Assembly: GCA_902762355.1 (NCBI GenBank)
Contig: CACWNR010000009.1
Location: forward strand, 290 to 64,289
Reading direction: 5' to 3'
Length of the DNA stretch: 64,000 nt
Source: an uncultured Bacteroidales bacterium
Lineage (GTDB): Bacteria; Bacteroidota; Bacteroidia; Bacteroidales; Paludibacteraceae
Part shown: in pieces, positions 58,439 through 64,000 of the stretch
Numbering within the stretch: the stretch's first letter is position 1
How the letters are laid out: each line of letters opens with the position of its first letter
The notes under the pieces: model-generated
The model's input: only the letters and a program-made list of their open reading frames with translations
The model's database searches: none
Told to the model about the DNA's origin: nothing
Position numbers and translations under genes: made by a program

Positions 58439-59378
58439 GTCTTACAGCGATAGCGGTCTAACAGCAAAGCGGTCTAACAGGCTGTTTACAGCCGGTCTTA
58501 TAGTGCTAACGGTCGTAGCGCTTTGCGCTACATCCTGCAACCCCGACGCCAGTTGGACTACCAAAGATGTGACGATACAGATTGCACCTTATACCGTCTC
58601 CGCCGGTTATATAGAGTGCGCTTTCACGCCCAACGAAGACGCCTATTACCTCGTAGCTTGTGTACCTGCGCGCAAAGGATACGATCCTTTGGATCCGAAG
58701 AACCAGAAACAGTTCATGAACCTGGCGCTCGACTCCGCCGATATCGAATACAAAGAATGGCGGCATGACTTGTGGGAGGAAGGCGAATTTAACGTCGCAC
58801 CCTTCGCCAGCCATAGTCTGCAGTACGGAAACATCGTCAAGTTCTTCACGAACCTCAAACCCTCTACCGACTACTGGATCTATGCTTTTGTAGTCGATCC
58901 GGTTAAAGAGCAGCCAGCCGGCAAACTGTACCTCAAGACCATCAGCACCCCGGATACCAGCGTAGTCGATGTGCATTTTGAGTACCGCGTCAAAGGCCTT
59001 TGGGACTTTATCTACCCGCTTAACCCGGATGACAAGATCAATAGCCACTTCCCCTATCTTGCTGCCACGGTTGACAGCCTCACGCTCGCGGTGTCCTTCG
59101 AAGGTATATCTCCGGAAGATTTCTTCAATGACTATTTCACAGATATCGCTAAGGACAATCGAACGGACGAAGTGCGGTATGGTGTCAATGTGGTCAAGAA
59201 TGACGGTAGCGGAAAGAGTATCCCGTTCGTAGAAGGACACACTTTCTACACCGCCATCGTCAGCTTTGACGGATTTATCGGCAATAATGTCATCTATAAG
59301 TTCACCTGGACGGGAGAGGATTTCGAAGCCTATTTCACCGATGAAAATTCAATTGTTAATTACGGGGAAGACGACTGA
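58431..59378 (+). CDS. hypothetical lipoprotein
   Basis: Lipobox ALCATSC. The N-terminus is paralogous to the FKBP gene N-terminus. No family recognised. Confidence 0.55.
   Translation: MSKSYSDSGLTAKRSNRLFTAGLIVLTVVALCATSCNPDASWTTKDVTIQIAPYTVSAGYIECAFTPNEDAYYLVACVPARKGYDPLDPKNQKQFMNLALDSADIEYKEWRHDLWEEGEFNVAPFASHSLQYGNIVKFFTNLKPSTDYWIYAFVVDPVKEQPAGKLYLKTISTPDTSVVDVHFEYRVKGLWDFIYPLNPDDKINSHFPYLAATVDSLTLAVSFEGISPEDFFNDYFTDIAKDNRTDEVRYGVNVVKNDGSGKSIPFVEGHTFYTAIVSFDGFIGNNVIYKFTWTGEDFEAYFTDENSIVNYGEDD
58444..58540 (+). repeat. copy 2 of the 96-bp lipoprotein signal-peptide module
   Basis: Aligns with 51940-52035 in the same reading frame. Confidence 0.85.
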
Positions 59379-59811
59379 TCCGCGAATCCAATCCCTTATC
59401 GACGACTACCAGCAACGGCTCAAACACTATCTGCCGTTCGAGCTCGTTGTCCTGCCGGATCTGAAGAACGCCAAGTCGCTCACGGAAGAGCAAGTCAAAC
59501 TCGCCGAAGGCGAAGCACTTCTGGCGCGTCTCAACCCGTCCATGGATGTCATCCTTCTCGACGAGCACGGCAAAGAGTTTCGTTCGATTGAGTTCGCCGA
59601 TTACCTCCAGAAGAAGATGTCCTCCGGTCGGGATCTGGCACTCGTAATCGGTGGTCCTTACGGTTTCTCACAAGCCGTTTATGACCGTGCTAACGGCAAA
59701 CTGTCCCTCAGCCAGATGACTTTCTCCCACCAGATGATACGAATAATGGCCATCGAGCAGATCTACCGCGCAATGACCATTCTTCGCAACGAGCCTTACC
59801 ACCATGAATAA
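59341..59811 (+). CDS. rlmH: 23S rRNA (pseudouridine1915-N3)-methyltransferase
   Basis: MKIQLLITGKT.., LVIGGPYGFS, SPOUT knot, C-terminal ..NEPYHHE. 38-nt overlap with the upstream gene. Confidence 0.93.
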   Translation: MKIQLLITGKTTDPRIQSLIDDYQQRLKHYLPFELVVLPDLKNAKSLTEEQVKLAEGEALLARLNPSMDVILLDEHGKEFRSIEFADYLQKKMSSGRDLALVIGGPYGFSQAVYDRANGKLSLSQMTFSHQMIRIMAIEQIYRAMTILRNEPYHHE

Positions 59812-59991
59812 GAGGTAAGATATTTTTGAAATTTTATTTATGTTTTTGGTATAATTATTAATTGGGCTCTGCAAGAGTGAAGCTTTGGACAAGCAAGTTA
59901 TTGTAAATTTATTTATGAATAAGTTGATTGTACAAAGGTTTGAGGGTACGTAGTACCACCATTAATAATTATACATTTTTTTTGTTTTTTT

Positions 59992-61017
59992 CTACCTCAC
60001 CCGTATCTTCTGTCCGATCTGGAGCACTTTCGTCTCCTTAATCTTATTCAGCGCACAAAGTTTCTTGACCGTCGTACCGTATTTTTTTGCGATACCGCTC
60101 AGCGTGTCGCCTTGACGCACCTTATGGTACTTCATCGCGGCAGCCTCAGCACGCGCCTGTTTCATAGCCTTGATGCCGATCACGTACTCTTCGCTGTTAC
60201 GCAACTGACCCGTCGCGAAATTAACCACACTCTCCGGGTTCATCGCTTCGCCCAGATAACGGATCTCCCAGTGCAGGTGACTACCTGTCGAACGACCTGT
60301 GTTACCGCCCAGACCTAACACATAGCCTGCCGGAACCATCTCGTACTCGTCCACCATCGGACGGCTCAGGTGACCATAGACCGTCTCCAGACCGTTGTCA
60401 TGACGAACGACTACGAAATAACCGTATCCTCTCGGATCCCAGCCTACGATACGCACCTGACCGCCCCATGCCGAACGAATACTATCGCCCACTTGCACCT
60501 TGATATCCGTACCCTTGTGCATTCGGCTTCGGCGCCAACCGAACGGACTCGTCACGTAGCCCGGAGCCGGCAGTACAAAGCCCGCCATCGGGATATGAAC
60601 GTCGTTCTTCAAGCTATCAAACAGCGTTCCGTACGGGTTCACACGCTCGTCTGTCCAGATGAAATAATAGAGGCTATCCGCAGGGTGATGATTGATGAGG
60701 TTGGTATCGAGCATGAACTGCGGTGCGATCTTATACACCACGTCGCCGTCCTTCGTCTTTACCACGATCTTCTGCGGCAGCAAGTCCAAGTCGCAGCCCA
60801 GAATCAACGTATCATGCGAGAACAAACCTGCCAGACATTCCGGCAACTGACTTGCCCGAACGTCGATATCGTCCAATTCCTCCAACTCATCGCCGCTGTC
60901 TGCGGACGTCGTGTCAATAGGCGTATTCAGCCCTAAGTCTTCGGTGAAGACATTATCTGCCTTTAATGAAAGCACAGACAGTGCCAGCAGAATCCACAAA
61001 GATGTAATATACCGCAT
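59992..61017 (-). CDS. M23 metallopeptidase with C-terminal LysM domain
   Basis: HKGTDI and GSHLHWEI M23 motifs; LysM YHKVRQGDTLSGIAKKYGTTVKKLCALN. Confidence 0.88.
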   Translation of the reverse strand: MRYITSLWILLALSVLSLKADNVFTEDLGLNTPIDTTSADSGDELEELDDIDVRASQLPECLAGLFSHDTLILGCDLDLLPQKIVVKTKDGDVVYKIAPQFMLDTNLINHHPADSLYYFIWTDERVNPYGTLFDSLKNDVHIPMAGFVLPAPGYVTSPFGWRRSRMHKGTDIKVQVGDSIRSAWGGQVRIVGWDPRGYGYFVVVRHDNGLETVYGHLSRPMVDEYEMVPAGYVLGLGGNTGRSTGSHLHWEIRYLGEAMNPESVVNFATGQLRNSEEYVIGIKAMKQARAEAAAMKYHKVRQGDTLSGIAKKYGTTVKKLCALNKIKETKVLQIGQKIRVR

Positions 61018-62603
61018 ACAATTGCTAATCCAACTAAAATACTACAAATAGCGATCAACCACTTCTTCCAAGCGGTCATGCCTTTCTTTACCTTCGGTAA
61101 CTTCACGATCGGGAATGCCACCTGCTCGGTCAGCGTACGTCCGAACGGTACACTGATGATCGCGTCAGCGTTGATTGCCCAGCCGTTCGCGTTCAGAACC
61201 GGTGCCAGATTACGACGACGCAGTTTGAGGTACGCCATGATCATACTCGGGCCACTAATCACGAGCAAGATACAAACGAACACGATCACGTATTGCCACC
61301 AGTGGAAACCACTCATGCCTTCTGCTACGCTCACCAGCGCTGCACCGATCATGCCTAAGGCCATACCGATGGCAGCAAAGATACCGGCGAACTTAGCAAT
61401 ATCGAACGCTTGTTGCTTCTCTGCATTCGGATCGGTAGCCGCGTCAGCCTTTGCCGTCAGATCACCAAATGCTTTTGCGTCTTTCTCGGCAGCGGACTTA
61501 TTGATCTTCTCTTCGATCCACTTGGAGAACTTACGATACGGTGTCCAGAACGCCTGACGAATCGAGATCGGGTTGTCGATGATCTTCGTCACCGTTGCAT
61601 CGTAGTCGAGGCCGTCGTTATCGTAGAACACGGCGTTCTTGCCGATACTCAAGTTGCTCACCTCACCTTGCGTCATAGCCGCTACGATCTGTGCCGTCTT
61701 GCCGGTCTTCTGGTTCACGCAGTTGCAATAAATCAGGTACATACCGCTCAACGGTGCCTGAGCATCGTGTTTCGCCATGTCGTGCACACGGATACACAAC
61801 TTGCACGCACGCTGATCAATAATGAGTGTACCGGCCTCGAACGAAGCCACGGTAGCATCATCACGATCATAGAAATCCTCCAGTGTCACGAAGTTACGCA
61901 ACAGCCGGTAGAAATCGCGGTGGATCAACAGCAATTTGCGCAGCGGCATAAACTCTGCCTTAGCGGCAGCAAGTGCATCGGCATTCGCCGTCTCAGCAGC
62001 CGCTTTAGCTGCTTCCCAGTCCGCAATCTGCTTGCCCATCTCGAGGAATTTCTTCTCTGTCATACCGGGTTTCGGTGCATCTTCCGGAATAAGCGCCAGA
62101 CCCAATTTCTGCAGTTTCTCCTGCTCAAAATAAGCGGTGTACTCCGCACTCTTCTCCTTATAAGCCGCAATCACATCTGCCTCTAACGGTGCCGCCGGAA
62201 TAGCCTGCTCCTCGATGGTCACAGCATCAATAGCTGCCTGCACAGCCGCAAGGCTTATCTTGCCGTTTTCCTGTAACCTGTCACCTATAACCCGTAGCCC
62301 CTCGTCGGCGATGTTCTCCACATCGATGACGTCGCTCTGCTCGAACAAACTCTTCGGTTCTTTCAACGCCGCGCACAAGTAATTCGCCGTAGCGATCACC
62401 TCTTCCACACGCAGTTTGCCGTCGCCGTCAAGGTCCATCAGACTCAACGAATCGGAACTGATCTCCAAGCCTGTGGTCGGACAACTCAGTACCGTCCACA
62501 TCTTCTTATCCAACTCGCCTAAATGGCGGATATCCTCCGCCGATTGAATACGTACGCGGGTCACACCACCCACATTCGCAAAACTCCAGTTATAACCAGC
62601 CAT
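60963..62603 (-). CDS. uncharacterised protein with an EF-hand-like loop and a C-terminal multi-TM anchor
   Basis: DLDGDGKLRVEEV calcium-loop pattern, a large soluble region, then 3-4 hydrophobic helices and a Cys-rich end. ATG at 62603, downstream of the -7 box at 62642-62649. Confidence 0.6.
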   Translation of the reverse strand: MAGYNWSFANVGGVTRVRIQSAEDIRHLGELDKKMWTVLSCPTTGLEISSDSLSLMDLDGDGKLRVEEVIATANYLCAALKEPKSLFEQSDVIDVENIADEGLRVIGDRLQENGKISLAAVQAAIDAVTIEEQAIPAAPLEADVIAAYKEKSAEYTAYFEQEKLQKLGLALIPEDAPKPGMTEKKFLEMGKQIADWEAAKAAAETANADALAAAKAEFMPLRKLLLIHRDFYRLLRNFVTLEDFYDRDDATVASFEAGTLIIDQRACKLCIRVHDMAKHDAQAPLSGMYLIYCNCVNQKTGKTAQIVAAMTQGEVSNLSIGKNAVFYDNDGLDYDATVTKIIDNPISIRQAFWTPYRKFSKWIEEKINKSAAEKDAKAFGDLTAKADAATDPNAEKQQAFDIAKFAGIFAAIGMALGMIGAALVSVAEGMSGFHWWQYVIVFVCILLVISGPSMIMAYLKLRRRNLAPVLNANGWAINADAIISVPFGRTLTEQVAFPIVKLPKVKKGMTAWKKWLIAICSILVGLAIVCGILHLCGFCWHCLCFH

Positions 62604-62641
62604 AATATATAGTTTATTGATCAATTTTCACAAAATCGCTG

Positions 62642-62649
62642 CAAAATTA
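62642..62649 (-). promoter_or_regulatory. -7 box TAATTTTG
   Basis: Minus-strand GTAATTTTGCAGCG about 39 nt upstream of the ATG at 62603. Confidence 0.5.
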
Positions 62650-62681
62650 CAAAAAAATTTGCACATATCCAAAAAAAATCG

Positions 62682-62689
62682 TACCTTTG
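62682..62689 (+). promoter_or_regulatory. -7 box TACCTTTG for rpsA
   Basis: CGTACCTTTGCACGC about 95 nt upstream of the rpsA ATG. Confidence 0.5.
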
Positions 62690-62784
62690 CACGCTTTTTT
62701 CGCTGAGATAGTGAAAAGAGGCTAACTGAAGTTTAATTTTTAACGCTTGGTAAGCCAAGGCTGAGCCAAGCACATTCTACCACA

Positions 62785-64000
62785 ATGGCAGAAAATCTTT
62801 CTCTCCAGAACTTCGACTGGGATGCCTATGAAGCACAACAGCAAGGCACAAAAAACGAAGAAGAAATCCAAAAGTATAATGACACCCTGAGCGCCATCAA
62901 GGACAACGAAGTCGTTGAGGGTACCGTCATCAGTATCAACAAACGCGAAGTCGTTGTTAACGTAGGCTACAAGTCGGACGGTATCGTTCCGGCTTCTGAG
63001 TTCCGTTACAACCCCGAGCTTAAGGTAGGCGACAAAGTAGAAGTCTACATCAAGAGCCAGGAGGACAAGAAGGGCCAACTCGTGCTCTCCCACAACGAGG
63101 CACGCACCGCTCGCGCTTGGGACCGCGTTAACGAGGCTTACAACGCAGGTGAGATCGTTACCGGTTACATCAAATGGCGTTCGAAAGGCGGCATGATCGT
63201 AGACGTTCTCGGTATGGAAGCTTTCCTCCCGGGTAGCCAGATCGACGTGAAGCCGGTTCGCGATTACGACATCCTCGTCGGCAAGACGATGGAGTTCAAG
63301 ATCGTCAAACTCAATCCGGAATTCCGCAACGTCGTTGTTTCCCACAAAGCACTCATCGAGGCTGAACTCGAGGCTCAAAAGGCTGAGATCGTCGGCAAAC
63401 TCGAGAAGGGTCAGGTACTCGAAGGTACGGTTAAGAACATCACCAACTACGGTGTCTTCATCGACCTCCTCAAGGTTGGCGACAAGGTTCACGGTAAGGT
63501 AGTCGTTATGGCTGATTACGGCGCATTCGTGGAGATCGCCGAAGGCGTAGAAGGCCTCGTTCACGTATCCGAGATGAGCTGGAGCCAGCACCTCCGTTCC
63601 GCTAACGACTTCCTGAAAGTCGGCGACGAAGTAGATGCTGTCATCCTCACTCTCGACCGCGCTGAGCGTAAGATGAGCCTCGGTATCAAGCAACTCAAGG
63701 CTGATCCGTGGGCTAACGTGGAGACCAAGTACGCAGTTGGTACCCGTCACTGGGCTAAGGTTCGTAACTTCACCAACTTCGGTGTCTTTGTAGAGATCGA
63801 GGAAGGCGTTGACGGCCTCATCCACATCAGCGACCTCAGCTGGACCAAGAAGATCAAACACCCGAATGAGTTCACTCAGATCGGTGCACAGATCGAGGTT
63901 GTCGTACTCGACATCGACGTAGCTAACCGTCGTCTGAGCCTGGGCCACAAGCAGCTCGAGGAGAATCCTTGGGAAGAGCTCGAGGCTAAGTTCGGCGTTG
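62785..64000 (+). CDS. rpsA: 30S ribosomal protein S1 (3'-truncated by the window end)
   Basis: My translation from the ATG at 62785: MAENLSLQNFDWDAYEAQ..VVEGTVISINKREVVVNVGYKSDGIVPASEF.., with repeated S1 domains. It is not in the ORF track because no stop lies in the window. Confidence 0.95.
   Translation, partial: MAENLSLQNFDWDAYEAQQQGTKNEEEIQKYNDTLSAIKDNEVVEGTVISINKREVVVNVGYKSDGIVPASEFRYNPELKVGDKVEVYIKSQEDKKGQLVLSHNEARTARAWDRVNEAYNAGEIVTGYIKWRSKGGMIVDVLGMEAFLPGSQIDVKPVRDYDILVGKTMEFKIVKLNPEFRNVVVSHKALIEAELEAQKAEIVGKLEKGQVLEGTVKNITNYGVFIDLLKVGDKVHGKVVVMADYGAFVEIAEGVEGLVHVSEMSWSQHLRSANDFLKVGDEVDAVILTLDRAERKMSLGIKQLKADPWANVETKYAVGTRHWAKVRNFTNFGVFVEIEEGVDGLIHISDLSWTKKIKHPNEFTQIGAQIEVVVLDIDVANRRLSLGHKQLEENPWEELEAKFGV

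Noticed and set aside
62740-63948. 402-aa minus-strand ORF at the window end
   Set aside because: It is antisense to rpsA. The plus strand, which is not in the ORF track because no stop lies in the window, translates into clear S1 repeats from the ATG at 62785. The minus-strand product is an acidic low-complexity string.
1-64000. tRNA, rRNA, tmRNA or RNase P genes
   Set aside because: I scanned the intergenic regions by eye and saw no cloverleaf-like or other recognisable RNA gene. This is not exhaustive without tRNAscan/Infernal.

Overview
This looks like a Bacteroidales (Prevotella-like) chromosomal segment. Many genes are preceded by the Bacteroidetes TAnnTTTG -7 promoter box, and there is a T9SS-type C-terminal sorting tail plus Omp28/DUF3078-type envelope genes. 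About 60 genes are dense and mostly housekeeping. They include dnaK, era, an M16 peptidase, tdh-kbl, gdhA, rny-zapA, queFCDE, exbB-exbD-tonB, pdxJ, nadK-lgt-fmt, secA, dut, nadC, rlmH and rpsA (5' partial at the window end). The clearest accessory region is a visibly AT-rich island of about 5.6 kb between pdxJ (33654) and nadK (39341). It holds an IS110-family element with a promoter-driven, structured leader of about 185 nt (candidate bridge RNA) sitting among REP-like hairpins. It also holds a 3-gene cassette (HTH-NUMOD4-HNH endonuclease plus two unknown proteins), a stand-alone RNA polymerase alpha-CTD-like ORF with no start codon that abuts a nested-stem structured element, and a degenerate toxin-antitoxin-like cassette bracketed by a perfect 13-bp inverted repeat. 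The most unusual window-wide signal is a set of at least 15 short tandem arrays. Each has its own unit sequence, with period 7-8 bp, mostly 4-5 copies and about 16-40 bp total. Most sit exactly on start/stop junctions or are inserted in frame into conserved genes. Other oddities are a 96-bp lipoprotein signal-peptide module duplicated 6.5 kb apart, a disrupted U32 peptidase gene, and a tightly overlapped envelope thiol-redox operon. I saw no rRNA, tRNA or CRISPR array. All calls come from reading the sequence and ORF translations by eye, with no database search.
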